From contig CM082597.2 in the NCBI GenBank assembly GCA_040954595.2, forward strand, positions 5,275,244 through 5,339,243: DNA of 64,000 nt, read 5' to 3'. Every line of letters begins with the position of its first letter. Position 1 is the first letter of the stretch. Positions 17,201-32,100 of the stretch are shown piece by piece. A program made the position numbers and the translations under genes. The notes beneath the pieces were generated by a model. The model saw only the letters and a list, made by a program, of their open reading frames with translations, had not been told where the DNA came from and ran no database searches. Source of the DNA: Balanoglossus misakiensis. Its lineage: Eukaryota; Animalia; Hemichordata.

Positions 17201-20200
17201 CACACACGCTGAGTCACATGATGAGTGACGACCAATGGAAACACCAGGATCTGGGGGTCATGCAGGGGTCGTGAAAATGACTAATTAACAATGACAAAAA
17301 TATGTCATCAATGATAATATTTATAACATACATCAAAAACATTAACGCAGTTTATTGATCTTCACAAACACTGACAGTTATTCATAACAAACAACACCAT
17401 TTTGCTGAATATAGTTAGATTCATGTTCTGTAAGGCTGACATGTATGGTATTGTGAAAAAGAAAGTTATCATGCAAGAATTAATTTTCGCATGCATAAAA
17501 ATGTGATCTATTCTGGAATACATTGGTTTCCATATATCTTGGTGTTTTATTTGTTAATTTTACCTTTTATGCTGTCACCAAGTTACTTAATGTTTACAAC
17601 TAACATGGTAAATTTCGGAACAACTATTGTAATAAGTAGGCAATGTATACTGGTGTTTATTGGCATCAACATTCTTACAAAAATCCAATGTAACAGATGA
17701 AAAATATTTGAGTTTTGCTTCTTTGGTAATGCGAAAATGATAAACAAACTTACCTCTTTGATGTGGACCATGTAATTAAGGTCACTTCCAAATGATCCAT
17801 ATTCATTTTCAACCTGCACTGCAATGATAGGTCCACCCTCTGAGTACTGAAATACAGGTAAAAATAAGATATTCCTTTAAACTCTAACTGCAGTGACAAG
17901 TCCACCTTTCAATCCACAATGTAATTGTCATTATGTGGTTTAAAGGGACAAAGTCTCTCTCTCGCTGCCCTTTTTCCATTAATTATGTTTGATACAAGAA
18001 ACTGTTTATGTTATTCTACATGTGGATATATAGTGAATCAATGCTCACACAACTTCCATCCCACTTGCAGACACAAGAGTAAAAATCTCGCCAAAATGAA
18101 TAATCAGTCTCTACCGTTTATTCATTTTGGCGAGATTTTTAGTCTCATATCCTACAAACAGAATGGAAGTGTGTGGTAGAACATTAATTCACCCATTAAT
18201 ATAGCAATCTCTGTCCTAATCATCTTACCTGCAGAGGTTCAACCAATGGAATCAAGACATCAAAGTACGCATCCACAGCTTTCAGAAATCGAGGATCAGT
18301 CGTCCTCAACCCAATATCTGGGGTATTCAATAACCAACTAAAAGAAAAAAACAAAATTAATATTTCGGAAATGGCGTATTAGTACATCATTTAACTTAAC
18401 CCCTTGATTGAAATATTGTTTAAGACTTTAATTTTCAAACTTCATACTATCGCAATTAAGCAAAACAATGTAAAAAAAAACTTGTATTATAAATTATATT
18501 TTTTTTTACATAGGATCCTTATATTGTAGCTACAATTGAGGCCTGGAGACTCACCTTGGCAGACCACCTAAGTCCCACTCGGAACAGATGTATGGCCCCG
18601 GTCTGAATATTACATACAAACCTAATTCATCAGCGAGTTTTATATATGATCTGTGAAGGGAACAGAAATGGGGATGTTTTAATGAACAGATTAAACAAAG
18701 TGTTTTCAGCTTTTACTGGTAAACAATAGTACTAAAAAACCCCAGAAAATTTGGTCTCTGAATTACACACAATTCTTGACAGCAAAGTAAAATTTGAAGT
18801 GGCAATATTATGGATCAAATTAAATTTTTATCTGCTCATCATCAGCAATGTGTGACAGGGAAGTGTTAACAGATGGCTAATGCATGTCCATGTTGTTCCA
18901 TGCATTCCACATGTTTGGGTAAATTTATGAATTGGTTAACATAACAAATTACATTTGAAGATAAAACAATTGTCCACCCAACCCCTGAATACATCCGCAG
19001 GGACTAATGTCCCACAATTGTAGGTACTCACACTAAATCAAGAATTCCTTCAAAGTTAAATTCCCCCCTGACCTCTTCATGGGCATTCCATGGTACATAT
19101 CTGCAAAATAAATATAAACAATATAGGCAATAAATATAAACAACAATGTAATCAAATAACAGAATTTACAGGAGCCTCTAACTGTCCCAGGCTTAAGCTG
19201 ATCACAATATGTTTAAGTCCAGCTGTGAGTGTGAGGTGTTTTAAGCTTACAATAATCATGGCTTAAGAGTTATTAGTCGAACATTATAATATTGTACTGG
19301 TAGTCTTTTTTGTGTGTGTTTTTGAAATGAACAATAGCTGTATTCAGATATATATACACGTTTGAAATTTGTCTGACAATGTATTAATATTATTGAACAG
19401 TCTGACATGTGGCTATTTTGATCTCTTGTAGTGTATTTTAATGACTTGCACAAAAACTAATCAATGTTTGTCAAATTGTCAATTTTCACAACTGTCATAT
19501 CTGTTCTAGGCACAACAGATAATGATATGAAAAATTTGTATTCCTCATATTATAAAAAATAAGGTTATATTCAGAATTTGGGCATGGTTGAAACTGTCCT
19601 ACATGTGACACATGTACTGTGGTAGAGTGAAAGAATTAGCCATGGCATTCCATTTTTTTCAATCATCAAATTTCACTCTGATCTCCTCTGGTTCGTGTGT
19701 CATATATCATAGACCCAGCAGTGTAACTGTCATAAAAATGTTGTATACAATACCGGTATAGAGCAAACAGACTAATTTTATCAGTTATTTGCATATCTTT
19801 CCAAGCATGGTTAGCTTTCAACGATAAGGGTCTGTACTCTTACACTGGTCTTTGCACAAGAAAATGTGATACATATCCAAACTGACAGTTTTAGATTTGT
19901 AATCAAAACTTTGTTTAACTTAATTAATGCAAACTGATTTTTCTATTTTACATCAGTTCAACATATTTATTTCCCAGATAACCTTAGTACACCGGAATCA
20001 TGTCAACAAATATTTTAAAAGTCAGAAAAATATGAGCGATGCAGTATATGTACGTGTATGTCCTGTTCAAAGCACGACCCTCGGGTTTCAAATTCTACAC
20101 AAATCACAGCATGGTACTTAGTATATGAAATATGATACTTTATACAAACTGATCAGATATCTCATTCAGAAAGCCAACTTTGTTGGTCCTTTAGCATTAG

Positions 20201-21571
20201 TTTCAGGTTTAAGTCAGTACAGTGCTGGTAATTAATAGTGTTGGTAACCTTGACATGGTCACCAAGAAACCTCACACATGCTTGGCCAATAACCTAGCTA
20301 TCTGATTTAATTAGTTGTACGTGTATAAGGTTTCGGTCTGGGCATGTAGTGGTTTGTTGAACTACATACAAGTTGATCTATATGTCAATCTGTTAATCTC
20401 TCTCTCTCTTCATCTATAAGTCTTCAGGTCTGCCTGCCTGTTTGTCAGTCTTTATCAAGTCATCTGTCTATATCGCTACTATGTTTCGCATTCATGATGA
20501 AATTTTAAACGGCCATAATGTTTATTCATTATTATTGAAAAAAAACTGGTTTTCGAACTTAAACCACCCAAAGGTTACAGCTTATAATCTTCCCAGGCTT
20601 TATCAGGTAAAGCCTAAAAACTGTATGAAAACACGAATTCATAAACTGTCGATTTTTTGCTTTAATTTGACCTTGCTTGCTTAATGCATCGAAAGATTGA
20701 CATTTGATACATAACTTGTGCTACAAATACAATCGTGTACCAAAGTAGACACACACACACAATGGACTATGCTGCCTTTCAACAGGAAAGGGGAAATAGG
20801 ATAAACAGATATGTCAACCTGAGCTAACAAATGTTGACTGACAAGGCTCGCTGTCACAACTCTTTGCAGTGTACAGTACACGACTAGCGGACTGTATGTA
20901 CATTGCAAGGACTGGAATATCAGGTGACCCGCGGTGACCTTTGACCCCAAGATGGTCTCACAGGCGTCGAACGTGGCAGTACAGCGTTCGGGTTTGTGTT
21001 TACCTGTCGTGTACTGGCGCATATATTCATCGAGAGGGTGGAAATTAAGCAATATTGTTGCGCAAATGAATGCCAGTTTTTATACGACAGAGATGTCACG
21101 CACGCCTGTTAAAACTCCCGTTATATGATAATAACCTGGGATCATCACTGAGTGGTTCAGGCGAGATAGGGGAGTGGGACGCCTAAAATACACTCGCTCA
21201 ACGATCGCCAGCCGATCACTGAGATTTTAAGGTGATAAATGGCCCGCCACTTACGTTTCTACCGTGTTCAGTCCACACGCCTTCAACTTGAGCAGCCGAT
21301 CTCTCCAGTAATCGGGGTGAACCCTGAAGTAATGGATCGCTCCACTCAGGATCTGAAACTTCTTCCCGTTGAGCGTAAACTGTCTGTTGTGCGCCTGCAA
21401 CGAAACGCGGTCCTCGCCGTTATTACTCAGAAGGCTCGCCGGCTTCAGCTCCGAGTACCTGGCTCTGAAGGCAAACACATACCAGTAGACAATGGCGCAG
21501 CACGCAAGCAGTATGATAAAGACGCGGACGCCGTGCACTCGTCGGAAGGAGATGTTGGACATTTTCGGCAT
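11214..21571 (-). CDS. GLB1L2: GH35 beta-galactosidase, GLB1L2-like, ~677 aa, N-terminal signal anchor
   Basis: Exons 21571-21255, 19100-19032, 18650-18555, 18337-18229, 17846-17754, [16701-16617 or 15959-15872], 15002-14938, 14790-14703, 14551-14408, 14179-14087, 13827-13718, 13390-13163, 12849-12765, 12481-12394, 12246-12129, 11876-11760 and 11342-11214 join in frame (2034 or 2037 nt). Motifs: [32 protein letters not shown] (acid/base Glu), [14 protein letters not shown] (nucleophile Glu), [36 protein letters not shown]. Confidence 0.92.
15872..15959 (-). CDS. Beta-galactosidase alternative exon 6b (88 nt), paralogous to 6a
   Basis: Flanked by a cag acceptor and gtgag donor; encodes [29 protein letters not shown]; same phases as 6a. 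Confidence 0.85.
16617..16701 (-). CDS. Beta-galactosidase alternative exon 6a (85 nt)
   Basis: Flanked by a cag acceptor and gtaag donor; encodes [28 protein letters not shown]; phase 0 to phase 1. Confidence 0.88.
17944..18192. mobile_element. Truncated copy of the same TTAA foldback MITE
   Basis: TTAA-AGGGACAAAGTCTCTCTCTCGCTGCCC start matches the 25540 copy; the right arm is lost next to the exon donor at 18228. Confidence 0.75.
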
Positions 21572-21896
21572 TACTCTCCTTTCAATGGGACATCACACAT
21601 GCTCAGTGCGACTGTGCGACGATTCTGCGTGGTAGACTTACCTGCATAATTAATGAATGTCTGTTTCGGGGTGCGGTTTGCTTGTTGCTTTCGCTTGAAA
21701 CTCGACCAGGGCTCTACCAAGTGTCTTCGATGGCCGAAGTCAGGGGAGGGGTGGGTTATAAATCTTATCCAAGTGAATTATTAACATAAGACTCTGTATG
21801 GCATAGATTAAAACTTGGATCCAGTCACCTGATACATAAAGTTGAGTAGGTCTAGCCTAAGCCTACACATGCGTCCAGGCCTGGTTAAATAGGCCT

Positions 21897-21991
21897 TAGC
21901 CTGACCCCAGACCAGTGCGTTTTAGATATATTGAAATTCTACACACGAATTACTATATATCTATAAAACACACTGGTCTGGGGCCAGGCTA
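21897..21991. mobile_element. Short hairpin MITE (TAGCCTG...CAGGCTA) in the divergent promoter
   Basis: TAGCCTGACCCCAGACCAGTG versus CACTGGTCTGGGGCCAGGCTA: ~21-bp inverted ends plus inner complementarity. Confidence 0.7.
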
Positions 21992-22959
21992 AATTGGCCT
22001 AGGCCTACCGTATAACAGAATCAATCTTTTCGCATGATTGATTCATGCTTTGACGTTAAAGGATAATTCTAAATCAGGTTAAAAATGGAAAACAGAAGGG
22101 ATAAAAAACTTGGAGACTTTTGTTAATGTTGAATTTGACCAAAGTACTATAATTCTGTCATCTGCGACAAAGCCAACTGTACAACGAACCCTCGTATGTG
22201 TACGAACTACTTATTATGATTTTGCAAAGTATCACGAAAATAACAATTATATATTGTTCTGTTTGGGGCAATTTCTTTTTCATTTCGGTGGAAATATATT
22301 CAGAAATAACTGATCCATGATTTTTTAAAAGTCTGGGAATGATGTTCTTGCGCTTCAGAATGTTCGTGTGGTTCAACCTACTACTAGATAGAATGGGAGC
22401 GTGTGGTGCTTACATTGGTACAAAAATTGATTAATTGTATCGAATGCAAATTCCATCATATCACATCCCAGCTGTACTAATGATTTGCATTGACATGTTC
22501 CAGAACACACTCGCATGAAATTCGTAGTTCATTCAATATATTTCATGCGAGGGCTACATATCATACGATCCACGAATGGTCAAATATGCTGCATGGCGGT
22601 ACATTTGATGAATTTAGTTTTTTTGTGCCGGGTAGGAGTTCCTTTCAGCTGGTACATAACGCTTTGTACCTCCACATGGTAATTTCAATAGGGCACAGGG
22701 CTAATATAGCGACCAACCAATAAAATGCTGTGAACTCACTGGGCCTAAAACAAACATCTGTTTAATACACAATAAGATTGTAAATTTGTCATATGTTTTG
22801 TACTACAGCACACTTGAGTACTTGTATATTTATACATTTGCCAACTTCTTCCCGTGGCATTTCAAGTAAACAAGTAAATATGAATTTATTGATAATATCC
22901 ATATGTCATATACATGTATGTTTATTTAATTCAGGTCGAAATTTGACCAGTGAAAGTGA

Positions 22960-23060
22960 CATTGACCTTGACACGTGGGGACACACACAAAAGGTCATCG
23001 GCAGGCGCCCTCTCGCGGCTGTGAACGAAATCTGACACAAACAAGATGGCGGCCATGCAT
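22960..23060 (+). promoter_or_regulatory. Probable core promoter/TSS region of the USF3-like gene, within a divergent promoter shared with GLB1L2
   Basis: E-box CACGTG at 22972-22977, YY1-type CAAGATGGCGGC at 23042-23053, a local rise in CpG, and a position about 120 bp upstream of the first coding ATG. Confidence 0.55.
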
Positions 23061-23164
23061 TGACCGCAGAAGACAAGTACACTCGTAAAGTTATACAATT
23101 TTTTCACTGAAAGTTATGGACGGATCAGGCCAGCTCTGAGTGTCAGTTATTGCCCGAGGTAAAC

Positions 23165-26100
23165 ATGGAGCATGGAAAATCCGTTCCACAGGTCTTTGGC
23201 GCTTGTGTGGATGGAGAGAGTCCCAGAGATGTCGCCGATCCGAACGGAAGCAATAAACTAACAACGATCACAGAAAGCAGTCAGGCGAAGCTACAACACA
23301 AAGACGGTAGGTATTGGTTTATACAGACGACGCGACGTCGGGAAGGAAAATGCTGAGTTTGAATGTGTATCATTGTTTAGATACTCGAGACCAAGTCTCT
23401 GTATATACCACATCCCGCGTTCGTGGCTTCCCTAACAGCGTAGCAGCGAGCAGAATTTGACAGGTCATGAGGCATGCCCGCTGAAACAAACACTTTGTCC
23501 CATTGATGTCTACGACCCATTGCACAGTAGCTACCAGTGCACGATAAACCGTGGCTGTCATTGCGATCCCGTCGCTTTACGCTCGTCACCATCGAATATA
23601 CCCACCAGATGCAACTCAGACACGTATACAGGGCCCGCTGACACAAAAGTTTGGTGTTATTATTAGGGTTTCGAAGTTTGTCGTCAAGGCTACTGCACTT
23701 CAGAATGATCACAGCTTTGGCATTACAATGTAGTAAAACACTGGATGTGCTAAATATTAGACTTCTACTGTAAACTTCACATCCTGGACATGATGTACCT
23801 TTGGCTGATTATGTTAGCTCTGAATGACAGGCGACGTATCTCCTATTTTGTTTTAGATACACTATAAACCACATTGTTTGGTGTTCAAATGAATCCCTAC
23901 ACTTCAATGTTAATTTGCCATTTTCTATTCATCTTGTCTTTTAAACAATTGGTCGATTTAATCAATTTGTCCAGCAGAAAGGACAGTTGTTAAGAAGACT
24001 TGAAAGTACAGTGTACCTTAAATCATTTTGTGAGTTCATGTTTGGCATGGTCCTATGTAAAACAAAAGCCAGGAATAGGATTCTAATTTCTAGGCTTTAC
24101 ATGTATCCCACAAAATATCCTCAAAACAATATGTCTAAGGTAAATGTAACAGAACATGAGTGGAGTTATTCACAAACTACAGTGGCCCTGTATGGATGAA
24201 GGGTGAATGAGAGATCGACCAATACATCATCATCTTTCTATGAGAATTTAAATACAAAATTACTATTCATGTAAAAGTAGGCTGTCTTTAAAGCCCTTTC
24301 TTACCAAATATCAAAGTGAGAAGAATTTACTCGAAATATTCTTCAAGATAAAATAAAATATTTTGAATGTAAATTTCCTGCCAGTGTATGTTAGAATCAT
24401 GGCCAACTCAGCTCTCTCTCATGTATGTCCCCAAATTGAGGTCAAATTCAATTTATGAATACACACAGCCCAGTCGTAGGTGTAACAGGTGTTGCAATGT
24501 TGTGTTCCAAAGGCTTTGCAGCTATCATCGTAACATGATCCTGAATATTGATCAAAATTCTCTCTCTCAAAAATTTATTATAATGTGATTGGACCCTGTA
24601 ATCTGAAGAAAAAAAATATTTAATAAGTAATTTTCGTGGTATGTATTTTTCCAGGAACAGATGGTATGAACGATGCTGAAAAAGCAGAAACTTCTGTTAT
24701 GAATGCAGTACGACTCGCAGGCTATCTCTATCCGCCTGAAGAAGTTGTCGAGTAAGTTTACCCATTGTTGTTCTATTGCAAATTAGTATTTTAATTGTAA
24801 TATTTATTTCAAAGTGATAGGAAATTTACTGACATACATTAAGTGTAAATCAAAATTTCATAATTTTTTAGAAATGTTTCCGATGCATGTATATGCTGTT
24901 ACTTCAAATCACTTTAAAATACAAGCAATTCATTGTTCAATTGTTTTAAAGTGAAGGGGTCATCGCACATGTTTGTTTGTTTATAAACATAACAGTTCAT
25001 CCACAAATCCCTGAAATTAGATAATTCTCAGAATAAACGAAGCAGCCAACCGTAGCGTAGACTGGGCACGACAGCAACTGAAGATCCAAGTAGGTCGTGG
25101 CGACTGCAGTGAGGTTTGCGCTGGTATGGGAGGGCATATTCTCATTACGGGGGACACCCACGCGGCGCGATGACCACTTCCCTTTAAATGAATATATGTT
25201 GGTTCAGCTGTGAATGTATTTTTCATGAATCATAAATAAAACATAAGCAGATTGTATCAATCTGATGAAAACTTTGGCCCTGTGAGATTTTTTACCGACA
25301 TAAACACGAAAAAAAAAAAAAAAAACACACGAAAAAGCTTGTTTGAAATGCAAATATTCTTCCCTCACAGTGAACACCGGGAACGGCAGCGCAGTGTACA
25401 CAATGCTGTGGAGAGACGACGGAAGAACAAGATTAACTCCGGAATAATGAGGATCGGATCACTGATACCGACAATGGACCCTAATAAGGTACAGGTAAGG
25501 CTGGCTAAGACCGTTGTATAGCCATGCTTCAATCATTAAAGGGACAAAGTCTCTCTCTGGCTGCCCTTTTTCCATTAATTATGTTTGATGCAAGACACTG
25601 GTTATGTTATTCTACATGTGGATATATAGTGAATCAACGTTCAACCACACACAACTTGTAGGATTTGAGAGTAAAAGTCTCGCCAAAATGAATAATTGGT
25701 GTTGACCATTTATTCATTTTGGCGAGTTTTTCACTATCGTATATCTACAAGTGGGATGGAAGTTGTGTGTGGTCGAACGTTAGTTCACTATATATCCACA
25801 TGTAGAATAACATAACCAGTGTCTTGTATCAAACATAATTAATGGAAAAAGGGTAGCGAGAGAAAGACTTTCTCCCTTTAATCATCTCTCTACCAGCTTC
25901 TCTCTCTAGAATTTCACTCCTACCAGAGGACATTTCAGTTGCCGTCCACGAACAATACAAAACTTCCTGAAAGCTGCAATAGCAAATTTTTAATCGATAA
26001 CATATTTCAATCTTCTCCTTATTCTAAGAGGACAGATGTCTTGTTTTACTCTTCTCAGGGGAAGAATCAGATCTTGGAGCATGCGGCAGAGTACATTGTT

Positions 26101-29100
26101 GAACTCCAACAGAAATATGATCGTATATTATTGGAAGGTGCCACTGATGCTCAAGGTGAGAGATAATCAGTATTGAATTAAGCTAGTCTGAGTTGACAAG
26201 TATATATTATGGAGGAAAATTAGAAATTGTCATTGACACTCACGCCAACATATACTGGAGTAAACACTATAGCTTTGTTTCTTGCTGCAATAGTGAAAGT
26301 ACAAATTTTACTGGTGCTATCATAATTCAGTGATTGCTATCTTGTTTCTTTCACAGCCAAAGAGATAAATGAACTGAAAGAACAAAATGAAAGACTCCGG
26401 AAGGAAAACCAACACTTTAGCAAAGTTCTGAGGAACGTGAAAGTCAGCACGGAGGGGGTACCGCAGCTCTTCGGCGATCCGATGTTAGAAGCCAGGCCAG
26501 GAGCCAATGAGAGCATGGACGAGGGAACGCAGGAGGTGACATCATCCAATCAGGGGCCGGGAAGCGCCGAAGCAGCCAATCAGGAGGCGGCGCAGTCCCC
26601 GGCGTCCAATGAGAGCACGGGTAGCGAGCAAGGCGACACTCCGTCCGAGAGTGGAGATTGCGGCGCGGGGCAAACTCAGAGTGTGGTCTCGGTGTTGCCA
26701 CCTCCCCAGGGACTGGCTGGAATACCAGCAGCAGCGGCAGTGCAAGCCGTCAACCAGAACTTGGTGGTGGGAGCCAGCGTGCCTCAGCCGGTGTCCGCGA
26801 CACTGGCAAGGAAACCGGGAGATGTGGTGCAGAATCCTGTGCAAGTTGCCGTCTCCAATCAGAGCCAGGTCTGCAATTACATCGCCCCGGTGCAAATGCT
26901 CGGTGGGACACCTGGGATACAGGTTGCAGCGTCCAATCAGCTGTCCAACGTGGTGGGTTACAACCCGTCTGTGATGTCCGCACCTGGGCAGAATGTGATC
27001 CTCCCCCAGGGCGGCGCGGGACAGGTGATCCTCCAGCAGCCTGCCAATCAGAATCCGTTAGCCACGTACGTCATGCCGATGGTCCAGCAGACCAATCAGA
27101 ACGTTGCGGTCGCCCAGCCAGCCAATCAGAGCATTGCTCTGGTCCAGCAAAGCAGCCAGGGTGTGACCGTCGTCCAGCCGGCCAATCAGGTGGCTGTCAC
27201 CACGGTCACCCAGAGCATCAATCTGTCGACACCGATCATGTCAACGTCGAACCAAACCTCCAGCGGGGTCTCCACCATGGCGTCACACCACAACCAGAGA
27301 GCGTCGACGCAGACCGGCAAGAAAACATCAAAGTCAAGGTCAAAGTCGTCGAAGAAATCCAGCAGTGGCAACAACAGCAAGGCGGGGATCATGACCCCGC
27401 AGCCAGTGGCCAACACACACATCCCGGCAGTTGCTTCCTCGGTCACAGTTCCCAGCCAACCGGTGATCACAACGCAAGCCGTCAATCAGTCGCAAACCAA
27501 AGTGGCCCAGTCGACCGGCCAGGGTCTGATGGTCCTGCAGCAGCCCAACCAGGGCGGCCAGCTGGTGCTGCAGCAGAACCCATTCGCCCAGGGGGCCATG
27601 ATACAGGTCATGACCCCCAACGGCCCGGTGACCGTACCCTTGGTTAACAACACCATCCCTATGCAAGTTGCAAACCAAGGAGTCCAACCGGGACACACGC
27701 AGTTCATACAGACAGTGGTACCAAGTCAAGTCTCGCCAGCAGTAGCCTCGCAGGCATCAAACCCAGGCCAAGTACTGCAGTCGTCTGGCATAGCAACTCA
27801 AACTCCACAGTACATCTTAACCCAGAACAGACTGCTACAAGTAGTCAACCCTCCTGCTCCAATCCCCCAGCAACCTAAGCAGGTCCTGATAAATGCAAAC
27901 GGACAACTCATCCTAACAAACCAACCACAGGCTTTCGGCAACCAGCTCCAGGTGTCTCAGGCTCACAGCTTCTTCCAAGCGCACTCGAGTCAAGCAGCAG
28001 CACCAACCAGTCAAGTTATTCCGACAGTCCAAGCATCTCAGGCGCTAAGCTATGCACCAGCAGTGACATGTCAAACGCAGAGCAGGCAGGTCATCCCGAC
28101 CATTCAGATGCCGACGACAGCCACTGGAAAAGTCCAGATGATCAGCTCACAGTCTGCCAGCACGCATCAATTACACGTATCCACACCTGTGTGCTCACAA
28201 GCCACTGCAGCCCCGGCTGCGATTACAGTCGCTACAGGTGCTGCAGCTCAGTTCAGTCATTCACCCAAGGACATTCTCGCCAAGGCAGCAGAGTCCATCT
28301 TTGCGTCGACCATGGTACCCGAGTGTTCACCTCCGTTGAATGTGGCGCCCATGAAAGTCAACACTTGTGGACCACATGGCACTGCGGCAGCCCCAGTTCA
28401 ACCGACTCCAGCCATCAGTGCACCGTCCTCCCTCCCCAAAACCACCCTCCCCGTCATCTACCCGGCGACATCGCTGCCACCAGTGACGGCGCCGGCAAAA
28501 CCAAAGAGGAGGCGATCCAAACCGTCTTCGAAGAAGAAAGCAGCTGCTTCGACAGCACCCCAAATAGTCCCATCTCAACCCACAGTTATGACGTCTGTAA
28601 CTGCAGCTAGCAGTGCAGCGGTACCACGTCAGACAGCACCGGCTACCACAGTAGCACTGACCACACAAACATCAGTTACGTACTCAGCACAAACTCACAA
28701 CAAGTCTTCCGCACCAGGATCAATGACCCTGCAGCAGACCGCTAGATTCAACACAGATAACACCCAGCAGACGACCAACAATACCACTGTGAAACCCCCC
28801 TCAACGTCTGAAAACGAGAAAGCTGAACCAGTGGACAATGGAAGCCAAAGTTCACTAGCAGCCGTGCAGAGTGACAGTGGTAATTCAATACTAGCAAACA
28901 GTCTTCTAGCTGCTGGTATACTGCCAGAAGATGATCTTGAAGATGACACCCCTCTGACCATTGACACCGGCGACACTGAAAGTTCCCTGAAGGCTCTGGC
29001 GGATATGAGAGACTCTATCATAAACATGCCAGGCCAGCAAGATGTTCACAAGGAAGTGAGTGATGAACTGGCTTCCAGTTCTGCCAATCCTGTGCACGGG

Positions 29101-32100
29101 ACAGGAGCTTCTGATCACACCACTAATGGCACTATGATTTCATCGCAGCCTTTACAGATGGAGGCCAAGACTCCGACCACGATTTCGCACCTGTCAAATG
29201 CTGGCACAAGGCAGAAGAACACAGACAGCAGTCCCATGGCTATAACGCCTGCGGGTGACAGGTCCTGCGTTGCAGTGTCAGTCAGTGACAGTTCCTCAGT
29301 GCAGAAACATACTTCGTCTTCTGATGTAGTCATCTTGGGAACTCATACTGCCAGTACAACATCAAATGTCCAACTCCACTCCTTGCCCCCATTGCAGTCC
29401 AGTCAGACAGCAAGCACACAGAGACTCTCGTCAGCACCCAATGTCCAGACCACACCTGTTTACTGTCAGTCTCAAACAGGACACTCATCCTCTGCTAGTA
29501 CATTCACTGTACCTTCAGTATCACTCCAAAGTCCCGCCAGTGTTAGAACTATGCCATCAAACAATGCAAGCCCTGCTGTTGACACTGCAGCTGTATCTAG
29601 TCAAATGCCAATAGATCAGCAAACAAGCTACAGAGTACCTGGAACTTCCATCCCGCCACACAGTCTAAGCACAGCCAGTGTTACGCCTGGCCACCAGCCA
29701 AGCCCAGCTCACATGAACTTCTATGCAACACCTACCAGAACTGTGGATTCCACTAGGACAGTTCCCTCAATGTATGCACCAAACAGTGTTGCCACATCAC
29801 TGGGTACAGCTAGCCACACCCAGCAAAGTTCTGTTGTGTCTAAGGCGTCGGCCCAACCGACAGTGTCACCACAGCAAACATTCTCTTCCACAAGCAGTAC
29901 ATCTGTAAGTCAAGTATACCGGTCTTCCTCGTTGTCAACAGCTCCAAGAACAACACTGCACCAGAGTCAGACAGGGAATCAGCCCTCTCTAGGTGTGATG
30001 AGCAGACTTCAACCGGGAGTGCCCTCTCCGTACGCTTCACCCCAAACTCTGATGCAGTCTTCACAAGTGCCCGTCAGGCAGCCGTCACCACAGACTGTCT
30101 CACAGCCATCGCCAGGGACGGTTCCCCAGAAGCAGCCCGTCTCCCAACAGGCTCCTCCAATCAGTGCTGCACCACCACCACCTCCACCACCACGAGTTGT
30201 AACCCAGTCTCCACCTGTCGCCGTATCCCACTCCTATCCCGTGGTCTCAAATCAGTCTTCGCCAGCTGCGGCCAATCAACACGCGCAACCGTTGTCCCAT
30301 CCGCTCTCCGGTCACATCACCACCGCGTCCACTGCGACGGTCCAGTCTGCAGAAGCGGGTCTTACACGAGGTCACCTCACCACAGGAGCACAGCACAATA
30401 TCCGACCCAATGCCCCAACCCAGCAACCTGTGTCTAGAGAACCGGCAGCAGCCCCAACGTCACAACGAAAATCCTCATCACAACTACCGAACGCACGTCC
30501 ATCAGAGATGTCCAAAGGGCAGCGGTCACGGAAGAAGAACACCAACACTTCATACAGTGTACAGAGTTTAAGTCAGAGTACCGTTGCGAGCCGGCAAAGC
30601 ACCACTGCCATGATGGACTCAACACCAAGTCAGTTCAGCAATGCGAGTACAGCGGCAACACCCATACTGACAACAACCACTACGACAGCAACCTCCAAGG
30701 CCCCCACAGCGACAACCTCCTCCTCGAATATCCCACCCGCCTCCCCTCATTGGATGCACAAGTCACCATCTCAGCCCTACTCTTCAAGTTCTAACTTCAA
30801 CTTCACAGTATCGTCTACTCTAGCCAGCGGTGCCTCCCATAGCCAGCCAAATAACACCAGCCAGGACACGTCACCCTCCCCATTTTATCTCCCCTCCTCG
30901 TCAAGTCAGCATAGCATATGGAAGCCCCCCTCACAGCATATGCATGGACGATCACAAGTACATGTACAGGCTCCGTTTTCTGGGAGTGATCCAGCAAATC
31001 TACAGACTTCAGAGTCAACACACGGTGAGACCTTGCGATCCCCGATCCACCCTACCCAAAACAGTGGTCCACCGACGTCCTTTGCAAATTATCCTAATCC
31101 ACAGGGAGTGGTTACAGGCAAAGAACAGCAGCAACAGCACATGCAGCACCAGCAACAACAACAGCAGCAGCAGCAACGGATAATGCGCCCACAGCAGTTT
31201 GAAAATATCCCAAATCCTTGCGTCCCTCACAGTAATGCCAGTGTGAGTCAGAGTTCCAGGGTGGCGCCGCAAAGACCTTCACCTCAACCACAAAGAGAGC
31301 AACATAAACAGCAGCAGCAGAAACAATCGCAGCAACAGCAACCGTCTGTCCAACAACAGCAACAACCCTCAACACAGCACCAACATCAACAGTCACAGAG
31401 GCAAAACCAACAACAGCAGCAGCAGCATCAACAAAGACAGCAACACCATCAACAGCAAAGGCAGCAACAACAACAACAACAGCAGCAACGACAACAACAA
31501 CAACAAAGGCAAGCACAGCAACAGGCACAGCAACAACAACAAAGACAACATCTGAGTCATCACAGACAGCAGCAGCAGCAGCAGCAACAACACATTCAAC
31601 AGCAAGGAACTCACGCAGTGACAACACACCAGCAGCAGGCGCCCAACCTGCAGACACTACAGAGTCACGGCGAAAAGCAGAGAGACAACAACTCAAGCCA
31701 GCGGCAACAGCGAAATAGCACCAGCAGAGAAACCATGGGTAGAGGCCAAGATAAGGCACCGCAGAATCAGTATCAGAGGACAGCAGGACAGTTCTCCCCG
31801 AGCTCATCCCAAGCGTCAATGTCAATGCCGCAGTATAATCCAAACATCCACTTCAGTCAGAGGAGCCCCATGGAAGCAGGTGGGGGCAACCTCCAGCAGA
31901 GCTCGAGCACCCCCAGTGTGTCAACACACAACCAGTCTGCTGGTACACACAACCAGCCTGCCAGCAGACAGAGTCAGAGTCAACCCAAATCACAGCCGCA
32001 GAAGAGGCAGCACCCGGCGGACAACCAGCAGAGCAAAGGCTCCAAGAGGATGACCACCGCGTCCAGCAGGTCGCAGGGAAGTCAGCCAAACACCAGGCAG

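Noticed and set aside
25031-25090. Possible cassette exon in USF3 intron 2
   Set aside because: It gives an immediate TAA in the required phase and lies within a TTAA-flanked MITE.
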